NCBI GenBank assembly: GCA_965219005.1
Contig: CBDCMS010000003.1
Location: forward strand, 706,788 to 770,787
Length of the DNA stretch: 64,000 nt
Source of the DNA: Acidobacteriota bacterium
GTDB lineage: Bacteria > Acidobacteriota > UBA6911 > RPQK01 > JAJDTT01
Direction of reading: 5' to 3'
Notes under the pieces: generated by a model
The model's database searches: none
What the model was told of the DNA's origin: nothing
What the model saw: the letters and a program-made list of their open reading frames with translations, nothing else
Shown here: in pieces, positions 40,226-50,168 of the stretch
How positions within the stretch are numbered: the stretch's first letter is position 1
Layout of the letters: each line of letters begins with the position of its first letter
Program-made: the position numbers and the translations under genes

Positions 40226-41803
40226 CTAGCAGCCTGTCGGACTTTCGAGGTCACACCGAACGGGCATCATTAGTGTATGGCGAATCGATTTAGAACAGTA
40301 GATCGAGAGACTCCTTATCTGTTTCCTCCTTCGGTGCAGGAATGGCTGCCGGAGACGCATCTGGCTCGCTTCGTGGTGGAGGTGGTGAGCAAGCTGGAGT
40401 TGAGGAAGTTGGAGGATTCCTACACGAAACGGGGATCGGAAGGATACCATCCGGCGGTGATGCTGGCGTTGTTGTTTTACGGGTATGCGACGGGGGTGTT
40501 TTCGAGTCGGAAGTTGGAGCAAGCCACCTACGATTCGGTGGCGTTTCGCTACCTCGCCGGCAACACGCATCCGGATCACGACACCATAGCCCATTTCCGA
40601 AAGCGGTTTTTGGAAGAGCTGAAGCCGCTGTTTGTGGAGATCTTGCTGCTGGCCCAGGCGATGGGATTTCTGAAGTTGGGCCGAGTGAGTTTGGATGGCA
40701 CGAAGGTCAAAGCCAATGCCTCCAAGCACAGTGCGTTGAGCTGGGGGCACATCCAGAAACTGGAAGCGCGGCTGCGAGAAGAAGTGGACGAGTTGATGCA
40801 GCTGGCCGAGGAAGCGGATGGACGAGAAGAAACGGAAGGGATGGACATCCCGGCCGAGCTGGCGCGGCGGGAAGCACGGTTGAAAGCGATCGATCAAGCG
40901 AAGCAGAAGCTGGTCGAGCGGGCGGCCGAGCGGCAGGCGGCCGAGCACGCCGAATATGAAGGGAAGGTGGCCAAGCGGCAAGCCCAGAGGAAAAGGGGAA
41001 ACAAACCGAAGGGTCGCGAACCCAAACCGCCCCGAGGAGGAATCCGAGACCAGGATCAGATCAATCTGACGGATGAAGATTCTCGGATCATGCCGGTCTC
41101 GGGCGGGGGATTTGAGCAATGCTACAACGCTCAGGCCCTGGTGGATAACGACAGTCTGTTGATTGTGGCCGTTCATGTCACGCCAAACGCCAATGACAAG
41201 AAAGAACTGAAACCGGCCCTGGCGGCGCTGCACGCATTGCCGGAGTCGTTGGGTCGGCCCCAGGAGCTGCTGGCCGACAACGGCTACTTCAGTGGTGCCA
41301 ACGTGGAGCTTTGTAGCGAGCATGCGGTCCTTCCCTATATTGCGGTCGAGCGGGAAGCCCACCACTTGCCGCCGAACGAACGCTGGAAAGAACCGGAGCC
41401 ACCCGGGGAAGACGCCGATGCGGTGGAGCAGATGAGATACCGGTTGAAGACCCCGGCGGGTCGAGCCATCTACGGGCAACGCAAAGCTGTCCCCGAGCCC
41501 GTCTTTGGGATCATCAAATCGGTGATGGGCTTTGCGCAGTTCTCTCTCCGAGGAGCGGAGGCGGCAGACGGGGAGTGGACTCTGGCCAGCATCGCCTGGA
41601 ATCTGAAAAGAATGTACAACCTCGCCTGCCGCCAGCCGAAGCTGGCCCGTGCCACCCTCTGAAGAGGTGGGCCAGGTCGTTTCAGCGGCCAAATCACCGC
41701 CGCAGATCAGACGATTCATCGATTTCGTGCTTGGTCGTGCAAGACTTTGGATCAAACGTCAAATTTCAGAAGTGCCTGTGAGTCAAGTCCGACAGGCTGC
41801 TAG
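40226..41803 (+). mobile_element. Intact IS1182-family insertion sequence (about 1578 bp) with 19-bp perfect terminal inverted repeats
   Basis: ctagcagcctgtcggactt at 40226..40244 against aagtccgacaggctgctag at 41785..41803. Confidence 0.8.
40277..41662 (+). CDS. IS1182-family transposase
   Basis: N-terminus DRETPYLFPPSVQEWLPETHLARFV...YHPAVMLALLFYGYATGVFSSRKLE. Also DGTKVKANAS and the C-terminal PEPVFGIIK...FSLRG. 461 aa. The 509-aa antisense ORF is judged spurious. Confidence 0.85.
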   Translation: MANRFRTVDRETPYLFPPSVQEWLPETHLARFVVEVVSKLELRKLEDSYTKRGSEGYHPAVMLALLFYGYATGVFSSRKLEQATYDSVAFRYLAGNTHPDHDTIAHFRKRFLEELKPLFVEILLLAQAMGFLKLGRVSLDGTKVKANASKHSALSWGHIQKLEARLREEVDELMQLAEEADGREETEGMDIPAELARREARLKAIDQAKQKLVERAAERQAAEHAEYEGKVAKRQAQRKRGNKPKGREPKPPRGGIRDQDQINLTDEDSRIMPVSGGGFEQCYNAQALVDNDSLLIVAVHVTPNANDKKELKPALAALHALPESLGRPQELLADNGYFSGANVELCSEHAVLPYIAVEREAHHLPPNERWKEPEPPGEDADAVEQMRYRLKTPAGRAIYGQRKAVPEPVFGIIKSVMGFAQFSLRGAEAADGEWTLASIAWNLKRMYNLACRQPKLARATL

Positions 41804-41965
41804 CTGGCGAGAGTATGGATCAGAGTTTGAAGAATACGACAAACTGGTTCCGTATCGGTGCGATTATTGAAAAGAAATAGGGCGTCACAAAAGTGCCGCA
41901 ATTCCCCGTTTGTTTTCGGAGCAGTTCTCACTCGGGGTGGTACAACAATGGGGGGGTGGTCACTG

Positions 41966-43546
41966 ATGAAAGCTCTCTACGTAAGGATTCTGGTTGCGGC
42001 CTGGTGTTTGCTCCCCAGCCCCACACTTGCCGAGGAGACGCCTATCAAGGTCGGCTTCGAGAAGCAGCTGTTTTTAGACGGCTACCTGATCAGCAACATG
42101 GACAACGTGAATCGGGTGTTACATCAACCAAAGAAGCATCCGCAAAACCCGATTCTGCTTCCGGAAAAGCCGTGGGAGGGGCGCTCAATAAACCCTTACC
42201 TGGTGGTCTTCGACCAAAACGAGAAAACCTGGAAACTCTGGTATACCGGTTTTGGAGTCCATAAGAGCCTTCCAGGGCTGGAAGACTTGGAGAAGGTTGT
42301 TGGGCTGCATGGAAGAAAAGGCGCCGTCGTGGTACCCGGACTAGATATCCGCAGCCGCCATGATGGCGACCTTAATGTGTATGCCGAATGCTATGCGATA
42401 TCGAAGGACGGCATCCACTTCGCGAGACCACCCTTGGGCCTGATCGCCTTCCCCGGTTCCCACGAGAAAACGAATCTCGTACCCTACCGGCCTGCTTTCC
42501 GTGACGATCACGATCCCGATCCGCAGAGGAGATTCAAGGCGACCATTGGGACGGGGGACGCGTCGGCTGGCGTGGGGATTGCTTGGTCTCCGGACGGGTT
42601 GCACTGGACGCAACACCCTGACAATCCGGTGATGGACGAGCCGATAGGCGGCGGGATGATCATCTGGGACGATCGGATCAAGAAGTACGTGGGGTATTTC
42701 CGCCCACGTCCTTTTCTTGCTTACCCGCGGCGAGGCCGCATAAGGGTCGTAGGTCGATCAACCAGTCCTGACTTTATCCACTGGACACTACCCCAAGAGA
42801 ATGTAGTATTGGCCCCCGACGAGAAAGACGACCCCGGCATCGAGTTCTACCGGATGTCTGTTCATCAATACGAAGGCTGTTACATAGGATTTCTTTGGAT
42901 TTACCACAACATCACGAGTTCCAGGAATCCAGAACCAAGAGGCTGGGACCAGACAATCGATTGTCAACTTGCCTTCAGCCGGGATGGAAGACATTGGATC
43001 CGGGTATCTGACCGGCAGACCTTTATGCCAAAAGGGCCACCCGGCGGCTGGGACGAACTTGAGGTCTATCCCACCGGAATGATCAATCGCAACAATGAGA
43101 TATGGATTTACTACGGCGGAAGCCTCAGCGGTCATGGGTATCGCTTTTCCGACAGCCGAAGCACTCTCGTCGAGGGGCGCAAAGTCGTCGGCGGTATCGG
43201 GCTGGCCAAGTTGCGCCTAGACGGTTTCGTCTCGATCCGTGCAGGGGAGGAAGAGGGCACGATGACCACCCGAATCATCGAATTCAGTGGTCAGCGAAGG
43301 CTAATCGCAAATGCATCCGCGAAAGGTGGGTACGTCATCGCGGAGGTTCTTGACCGGTTCGGCAAGCCGTTAGCGGGGTACGGGCGCCACGACTGTGTTC
43401 CGCTGGAAGGAGACTTTCTGGAATCTGAGATCGATTGGAAGACAGGAAAATCGCTAACGGGATTAGTGGGAAAGCCAATACGGCTCCGCTTTATTATGAA
43501 AAACGCCGACCTCTATTCGTTTCGCCTTACGAAGTCGATCCGCTGA
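41966..43546 (+). CDS. Family A protein whose 3' end is fused to an IS91-like remnant (ends ...LYSFRLTKSIR)
   Basis: Signal peptide MKALYVRILVAAWCLLPSPTLA. Motifs SKDGIHF and DGFVSIRAG. Confidence 0.75.
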   Translation: MKALYVRILVAAWCLLPSPTLAEETPIKVGFEKQLFLDGYLISNMDNVNRVLHQPKKHPQNPILLPEKPWEGRSINPYLVVFDQNEKTWKLWYTGFGVHKSLPGLEDLEKVVGLHGRKGAVVVPGLDIRSRHDGDLNVYAECYAISKDGIHFARPPLGLIAFPGSHEKTNLVPYRPAFRDDHDPDPQRRFKATIGTGDASAGVGIAWSPDGLHWTQHPDNPVMDEPIGGGMIIWDDRIKKYVGYFRPRPFLAYPRRGRIRVVGRSTSPDFIHWTLPQENVVLAPDEKDDPGIEFYRMSVHQYEGCYIGFLWIYHNITSSRNPEPRGWDQTIDCQLAFSRDGRHWIRVSDRQTFMPKGPPGGWDELEVYPTGMINRNNEIWIYYGGSLSGHGYRFSDSRSTLVEGRKVVGGIGLAKLRLDGFVSIRAGEEEGTMTTRIIEFSGQRRLIANASAKGGYVIAEVLDRFGKPLAGYGRHDCVPLEGDFLESEIDWKTGKSLTGLVGKPIRLRFIMKNADLYSFRLTKSIR

Positions 43547-43820
43547 AGTGCCCCCAATGTGGCGGCGCGATGAAAATCATCAGCTTCATCGAGCGGTGCC
43601 AGCAGGACGTCATCGAGCGGACCCTGCGTCACTGCGGTCTCTGGGAAGGCACGCTGGCCACCGCCCGAGCACCGCCGCCCGCTTGCAAACCACGCCCGGC
43701 CGAACCTAGCGAGCTGGAAGTCGTACTCGACGACGAGTTCTTGGAGTTTCAGCGGCGACAGAAGCAGCGGGCCGCGCCGGGCGAGCTGCAGTTGGTGCTC
43801 GATCCCGAGTTCCTCTAGCC
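43547..43820 (+). pseudogene. Remnant of an IS91/ISCR-like transposase C-terminal zinc-ribbon region
   Basis: EVDPLKCPQCGGAMKIISFIERCQQDVIERTLRHCGLWEG...APPPA. It begins exactly at the family A gene stop. Confidence 0.35.
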
Positions 43821-43888
43821 AGGGGCGTGCCTGGCCAGCGGCTGTTGTCGGCCACCGCCAGCAGCCTGCGCCCGGGGTCCGTGCCGAC

Positions 43889-44467
43889 GTGAGGACCTAC
43901 TACGCTTCCATCGACCACCAGTGCTTGATCGAGCGTCTGGCACGGGTCATCCAGGACCGTCGCGTGCTGAACCTGGTGGAGCAGTATCTGCAGCGGACAG
44001 CCGAGCAGGGTGGACTATTCTGGGAGTCGGAGCGGGGAATTCCACTAGGCTCTTCCCTGAGCCCGATCCTTGGGGCCTTCTTTCTGGCAGAGTTGGACCA
44101 GCGGCTGGAGAGGACGGGGCTGTTCTACGTCCGCTCCATGGATGACATCCTGGTGCTGGCCCCCTCGCGCTGGAAACTGCGTCGGGCGGTGCGAGTCCTG
44201 AACCAGATCCTGTCCTCTCTGAAACTTGAGAAACACCCGGAGAAGACCTTCATCGGTCCGATCGAAAGGGGCTTTGATTTCCTTGGCTGGTTTGCGCTGG
44301 AGGAATCACCCCTGATCTGGGGAGACGAGATCGAGCACACAGTACGCTGGGCACCGAGTCATGCCAAGGCGACTTCAGATAAGCCCCTGGCAAGGATTGA
44401 AGGCAAGCCGGTCCGGCTGCGCTTCGTGATGAAGGGTGCGGATCTGTACTCCCTGAGGTTCAGATAA
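43889..44467 (+). pseudogene. Chimeric ORF: a reverse-transcriptase fragment (group-II-intron-like) fused in frame to the last ~55 residues of a family A protein
   Basis: RT motifs YYASIDH, GIPLGSSLSPILGAFFL, YVRSMDDILV and GFDFLGWF, followed by GDEIEHTVRW...GKPVRLRFVMKGADLYSLRFR. Confidence 0.55.
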
Positions 44468-44481
44468 GAGGAGTCAGAAGT

Positions 44482-46260
44482 CTACCAACCGATTGCGTAC
44501 GATGTAGAGCGCGGGTCGGCGCCGCCTACGCGGACGCCGCTCTCGCGATCGACGGTGATTGCGCACACCCGGCTGACCTCAGAGCTCCAATCTTCGTGAT
44601 CGTCGACAATATGCCCTCGATTTCTCAAAGCCTCGCGTGTCCGCGGGCCAATCCGGGCTTCAACCGTCACCTGGCCGGGCAACGATCCGTGGGGCCAGAA
44701 GGAGTTGGGAAAGCTGTGACTGATGACGCGGGGTGCTTCGATGGCTTCTTGTGGCTCCATCCCGAACTCGATGATGTTGAGGAACACTTGCAGCATTCCT
44801 TGGACCTGTGCATCACCGCCGGGGCAGCCAAAGGGCATGAACGGCTTTCCAGCCTTGAGAACCACCGCCGGGTTCGGCGTGAGGCGCGGACGCTTCCAAG
44901 GACGAAGACAGGAAGGGTGTGCCGGATCAAGCCAAGACTGCGTCCCACGTCCTGAAACGGGAAAGCCCAAGCCGGGGACGACGGGGGACCATCCCACCAC
45001 ATCCGAAGGCGTCGCTGAAAAAGCATTGCCTTCTTCGTCAACTACACACAGATAGCAGGTATCGCTTTCCCAGAGCGATGTGCGTTCCGGCTGCGGACCA
45101 CAGGGATCCACGGTTGGCAGGGCACCCTTTTTGCCACGCGGCTGTGGATGGAATGGCCACGGATTTCCGGGCGGCGGCATGTCGGGGGCGGCGTGCTCCA
45201 GGTCGATTTCGGCACGTCTTTCGGCAGCATATCCTTCCCGAAGCAAGCCCGCCATCGGTACTTGCACAAATTCGGGGTCGCCGAAGTAGGCCTCCCGATC
45301 CGCAAACACCAGCTTGAGTCCCTCGATGATCGTATGCAGATAGTCTGCGGAATGATGGCCCATCTGCTTCAGCTCAACCCCTTCGAGAATCTTCAGCGCC
45401 ATGTTCAAGGTTGGACCCTGACACCAGGGCCCGCAGGTATAAACGTCGTAGCCTTTATAGGTGGCGTGCTCCGGCGCCTCGATCTGCACTGAAAACGTCA
45501 CCAGATCTTCATAGGTCAGCAGCCCACCTTCCCGCCGTTGAAAACCGGCGATTTCGTGGGCAATTTCACCCTTGTAAACCAGGTCTCGCGCCGCCCTGAT
45601 GCCTGCCTTCCGATCGCCGCCTGCCTTGCGCTCGGCCTCGATCATCCTTTTGAAAGTGTTCGCCAGATCTTTCTGGAAAAAGATTTCCCCGATCTGTGGA
45701 ATTTGCCCACCGGGATTGAAGGTTGCGGCGGTTGAAGGCGCAGTTCCGATCCCCCCGCTGACAAACGAATGAAACTGTGCGTCAACGGGGTGACCCTGCT
45801 CGGCCAGATCCAGAGCGGGCTGGATAACCTCCCCAAAGGTCATCGTGCCGAACCGCGCCAACGCGGTCAGCCACGCATCGGGTGATGCCGGGGTGACTGT
45901 CCGCAGAATTCCGGGGGGTAGATCGCCGCCGTGGTGTTGGTGAAAGTAGTCCATGGTGGCGGCTCTGGGCCAACGTCCTACGCCGCTGATCGTTTCGACG
46001 GGGCTGCCCGATGCCGGACAGTAGATAATCGGCGCAACCCCTCCGAAATGGGTGTACCCGGGTTGAAGCACGTTGATGCAGATGCCAGTAGCGACACCAG
46101 CGTCGGCGGCATTGCCACCACTTTCGAGAATGCGAACCCCGCCCATCGTTGCCAGATAATGAAGCGACGAGACAACATAACGCTTCCCTCGTACCGAGGG
46201 GCGATGGCTTCTTGGCATTAGAGTTTCTCTCCTGCGCCTCAAGCGGGTGTAGTGTCCCAC
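44482..46260 (-). CDS. Gamma-glutamyltranspeptidase (GGT) family protein
   Basis: GGNAADAGVATG motif and a nucleophile-Thr region DTCYLCVVDEEGNAFSATPSD. About 590 aa. The likely true start is Met15 (MPRSHRP). Confidence 0.75.
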   Translation of the reverse strand: MGHYTRLRRRRETLMPRSHRPSVRGKRYVVSSLHYLATMGGVRILESGGNAADAGVATGICINVLQPGYTHFGGVAPIIYCPASGSPVETISGVGRWPRAATMDYFHQHHGGDLPPGILRTVTPASPDAWLTALARFGTMTFGEVIQPALDLAEQGHPVDAQFHSFVSGGIGTAPSTAATFNPGGQIPQIGEIFFQKDLANTFKRMIEAERKAGGDRKAGIRAARDLVYKGEIAHEIAGFQRREGGLLTYEDLVTFSVQIEAPEHATYKGYDVYTCGPWCQGPTLNMALKILEGVELKQMGHHSADYLHTIIEGLKLVFADREAYFGDPEFVQVPMAGLLREGYAAERRAEIDLEHAAPDMPPPGNPWPFHPQPRGKKGALPTVDPCGPQPERTSLWESDTCYLCVVDEEGNAFSATPSDVVGWSPVVPGLGFPVSGRGTQSWLDPAHPSCLRPWKRPRLTPNPAVVLKAGKPFMPFGCPGGDAQVQGMLQVFLNIIEFGMEPQEAIEAPRVISHSFPNSFWPHGSLPGQVTVEARIGPRTREALRNRGHIVDDHEDWSSEVSRVCAITVDRESGVRVGGADPRSTSYAIGW

Positions 46261-46559
46261 TACTGTCCGGTTAAAAGCGAAATGATGTCAAGTGATTACG
46301 GATATGACAATGCGAGTTTGCAAGCTCCAGTGCCTAAGTGTCTGAACAATTGGGGTTTCCTTTACCGGCCTCGTGCGGCTTTCGGCGTGCCTGGCCCCAT
46401 AGAGGTCCAGCCTAAGGGCAAGGGAGTTAGTTGCGGCGTCACCTTACCTATAATGGCCCAGATCCAACCGTACAGACAGTGTCAGCGTAGATCGCCGCTG
46501 ATCGGCCGTGTGATAGTCGGCATCCGATCTTACAGACAGCGTCCGATTTGATCGCAATC

Positions 46560-47060
46560 GAACGGCGGCTTCCGCCTGCGATTTCAACCGATCGACGCAA
46601 CACATTGGCTAAATCGTTCGGCTGGTGTTTCGTAGTCTAGGTCGAGTAGGCGGGGTGCTCCCAGTGAGTGGCAAGCCTGTAGGTGGAGGGTTTCCAGCTT
46701 CGCCCTTTCGGTTGCGAAGTGGGTTCACAGTTCCACCATGGACCAGCGGTCTCACCAGTTGCCACCCACGCCCCTCACAGAACCGGACAAGCAGCTTTCC
46801 CGCATCTTATGTGCCGCGGCACACCTAAGATGCGGTAGTTCCGCCTGTCCGGTTCGATGAGGAGGATGTGGAAACGGAGTGATGGTCCGGCTATTGAGGC
46901 ACCGCCAGACGAAAGGGGCGGTAACAGATAGGCCGAACCTTCGACCACCGCGCCACATCCTTACTCTACCGAGGGTGTGTGAAAAGTCCAAAACCTCTTT
47001 GATTTAGGGGTCTCTTTACCCTTCCTACGACGGAGATCGTGGCTTGCACGCGATCCTATG
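46560..47060. other. Structured non-coding region (candidate ncRNA or element remnant) inside a 1.4-kb ORF-free gap
   Basis: Nested stems ggtgga...[cttcgc-cctttcggtt-gcgaag]...tccacc. A long imperfect hairpin runs gaaccggacaagcag...cgcatcttatgtgccgc|ggcacacctaagatgcg...cctgtccggttc. Confidence 0.2.
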
Positions 47061-47708
47061 AAGTCAAAATTTCAAATCCGAAATCATGAATGACTTTTCA
47101 CACACCCTCAGGCGGAAGCAGCCGGTCAGGTGCGATCTATTCTGACGCCGTTTGTACGGTCAGATCTGGGTTATTACAGATCCGCCTGTTGCGCCGCCGC
47201 GTGCCTGTTGCGCCGCTCGAAAAATTTTCAAAAAAGATTTTCTATGGCGTGAGTCTAGCACCTTCCTCCATCCCCTGACCGACCCCCTTTCGACAATCGA
47301 TTCGCCAATCGGGCAAAATCGCGGCGCAACCACTCCACCTATGCAGAAAAGTGGTGATTTTTCGCCGAACTGGCGCTCCGGTCATTTTGGGGTTAAGTGA
47401 TTGATACAACAGGGGATGCGGGAATGGTTACATAACCGCCGTTATACGACGATAATCCCGCTATCTATTTGCAAACAGTGTGCTTATCCTCGGTGACAAT
47501 CCCGAGCGAGTAGGGTATACTGGAAGACACTATCAGGACCTCCCGACTACTGATCATCCCGTCAGACAAGCGTTTCAGCCCGCTCCAGCGTCCAAAAGTG
47601 CGTCTTTTTAGGTTGGAGTGAGTTGGTGGGTGGCTTCATCCTGCCAAACCGCTTGCGCTTTGAGAACAAAGACGCGACTCTGTACTCACCGCGATTTAGA
47701 TTCAGGAG

Positions 47709-49292
47709 TTGGATATGAGGAATGTTGGCTTGAACCGGCGCCGCTTCCTGACCGGGAGCTTGAGCACAGGGGGCTTCGTCTACTGGTCCTGGGCCTGTGT
47801 TTTTCTTTGCTGGTGCTCGACAATGGGTCTCTCGGCCCCCCTCGAGGTGCGCCAGCTGGGAAGCCAGCTTCAACCGCTCTGGGACGATTGGCTGGTCGAA
47901 AGCCTGGACAACGTCCGCCATATCCTCCACAGCCCGAAGCCGGGGGAGATCGTCCTCCGGCGGGATCGTCCCTGGGAGGATCAGGCCATCTACAACCCGG
48001 TGGTCATCAGGGATGGGTATCGCTACCGTATGTGGTACCGCGCCCGGGCGGTGGAGAAACCTATCTACACTGCATACGCCGAGAGTCTGGACGGGATCCA
48101 CTGGGTGAAACCCAATCTGGGCTTCATAGAGCATGACGGATCGAAGGAAAACAACCTTGTGTGGCCGGTGCCGGGAGGCAAGGGCAGGTCCGTTTCCGTC
48201 ATCAAGGACGAGAACCCCCAGGCGGATCCCCAGGAGCGCTACAAGGCCATCACCAACCAGGGGACGACCTTGCCTTCGGGCCGGGACATCGCCCTGCTGT
48301 ACGGGCTGGTTTCCCCGGACGGTCTGCGCTGGCGCATGGTGCAGGAGAAGCCCATCGTCGTTCCTCCTCTGGGGGACGGGGCCTTTGACTCGCACAACAT
48401 CATCTTGTGGGATGGAGCGCGGGGGCACTATTCCATCTATGCCCGGGGCTGGTACCGCAGGGGAAGCCTTCCCCTGGAGGGAAAGCGGGTAGCCAAGGAA
48501 GCGGACCATGTCCTGATGAAGCTACCCTCGGGAAAGATCGAGAAGATCAGCCGGATCCGGGACATTCGGCGCTTCACCTCGAAGGATTTCCGGACCTGGT
48601 CCGAGCCGGAGTACATTGGTCTTGGCGACACGCCACTGGAGCACCTGTACAAGAACTCGGCGGTTCCCTACTATCGACGTCCCGACATTCTCCTTATGTT
48701 TCCCAAACGCTTCCTGCCCACCCGGAAGTTTCATGCCGACTGGCTCCAACCTGGTCTCTCGGACGTGGTCTTCATGTTCAGCCGAGATGGGCTGAACTTC
48801 GACCGGCGCTTCATGGAGGCTTTCCTGCGCCCTGGACCCAATCCCTTGAACTGGCATGAGCGGGCGATCCAGGTAGGCCCCACACTGGTACCCACCGCTC
48901 CAGGAGAGATGTCCCTCTACTATGCCGAGCAGGCCAAGACGACCCAGGTTCGGATCCGCCGGGCCCTGCTGCGTGAAGATGGCTTTGTGTCCCTTCATGC
49001 ACCTTACCAGGGAGGCACACTCCGGACGCGGCCCCTGCAGTTCTCGGGCTCACGTCTGGTTCTCAACTACTCCACCTCGGCGGCCGGGAGTATCCGGGTG
49101 GAGATCCAGGACGCCGACGGAACACCGCTGGAAGGGCATCGCCTGGAAGATTCCCCGGACACCTTCGGGGACGAACTAGAGAGGGAGCTCAGATGGAAGG
49201 GTGGCCCCGATGTGGGCAGACTGGCAGGGAAGCCGGTTCGGCTGCGCTTCGTGATGAAGGATGCGGATCTCTACTCGCTGAGGTTCAGGTAG
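47709..49292 (+). CDS. Family A protein with a twin-arginine (Tat) signal
   Basis: N-terminus MRNVGLNRRRFLTGSLSTGG is Tat-like. Ends KPVRLRFVMKDADLYSLRFR. Confidence 0.8.
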   Translation: MDMRNVGLNRRRFLTGSLSTGGFVYWSWACVFLCWCSTMGLSAPLEVRQLGSQLQPLWDDWLVESLDNVRHILHSPKPGEIVLRRDRPWEDQAIYNPVVIRDGYRYRMWYRARAVEKPIYTAYAESLDGIHWVKPNLGFIEHDGSKENNLVWPVPGGKGRSVSVIKDENPQADPQERYKAITNQGTTLPSGRDIALLYGLVSPDGLRWRMVQEKPIVVPPLGDGAFDSHNIILWDGARGHYSIYARGWYRRGSLPLEGKRVAKEADHVLMKLPSGKIEKISRIRDIRRFTSKDFRTWSEPEYIGLGDTPLEHLYKNSAVPYYRRPDILLMFPKRFLPTRKFHADWLQPGLSDVVFMFSRDGLNFDRRFMEAFLRPGPNPLNWHERAIQVGPTLVPTAPGEMSLYYAEQAKTTQVRIRRALLREDGFVSLHAPYQGGTLRTRPLQFSGSRLVLNYSTSAAGSIRVEIQDADGTPLEGHRLEDSPDTFGDELERELRWKGGPDVGRLAGKPVRLRFVMKDADLYSLRFR

Positions 49293-50168
49293 TGAACACG
49301 GGCGGCTGCGGGCTATTCCCCATTGGTCCGATTCCGGGAGGAGAGAAAGCCTGATTTACTCCCCCAGGGTGTCCTGCCTCACGGAGCGAAACGCCACTTG
49401 GAAGGCCCCACAAGTCGCCTGAGAAGCCCTAGGATCGACGATCCCGCTACAGGCGACCCCGAGGATGCCAATCAAGGATTCTTGGTGCGGCGATTCTCAC
49501 ATGGCCAAGCGAAACCCCCAGACAGACAAGCATGCCGGAATCGCCGTGCCTGCCCATGAGGCCCACCTGGGAATAGACCAGGGTCCCAGTACAAAGTCCC
49601 AGTCGTTGATCAGCCCACAACCCTCTCGTGGACCCCGAAATGCCGTACTTCGACAGATGAGTGGCGTGGAATCGAAGATAACTAACGGTTCGTGAGGTAC
49701 TTGCAACTATCATCGAGGTGAGAGTAGAAGGGCATTACAAGGGGATTCAGGTACCATTAGGAAGCAGAAAGACGAGGATAGCCGAGCAATGCGATGGATT
49801 AGCGGGTGACTATGAGCCAGCGCTAGCGGACCTCCCGAGACCAGCCCATGGGCGGAGGTTATCCCGGGTTTAGAACCAGGATTCTGAAAGTTCTCATTGA
49901 AAATAACGTCTACTTCAAACTTGGAGATGCCAGTGCACCTCGCTGCCGACAGCTCCCAGAAATCTCCTCGCCTGTTCAGCCCGATTCTGTCCCTTAGTGC
50001 CGCCGTATTTCGAGGTAACTCCCTTGTGTCTGGCCCCTATCTGCCTGGTGTCTTTGTCTCTGTCCAGGACGTTAACATCCAATGAATCAGCAACTTGAAT
50101 GCGGACTCCTTGGAACTAATCTTCCATATTTCGGCCCAGCGCAGGCATATTCATGAGGGAAGTTCCTG

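Noticed and set aside
40226-41755. 509-aa minus-strand ORF across the IS1182 element
   Set aside because: It is antisense to a clearly recognisable transposase and has an Arg/Gln-rich biased composition.
43889-44467. Diversity-generating retroelement (RT plus variable repeat at a family A 3' end)
   Set aside because: Comparing the fused family A tail with the closest paralog tail (49231..49292) shows substitutions of all types, not adenine-specific ones. The RT is a truncated fragment without the DGR-type motifs. No template-repeat/variable-repeat pair was found.
46560-47060. RNase P RNA or tmRNA in the structured non-coding region
   Set aside because: Only a partial ACAGAACCGG resemblance to RNase P CR-V was found. 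The GGAAAGUCCGGGC, AGGGCAG and GGUAAGAGCGCACC boxes and the tmRNA tRNA-like 3' end were not found on either strand.
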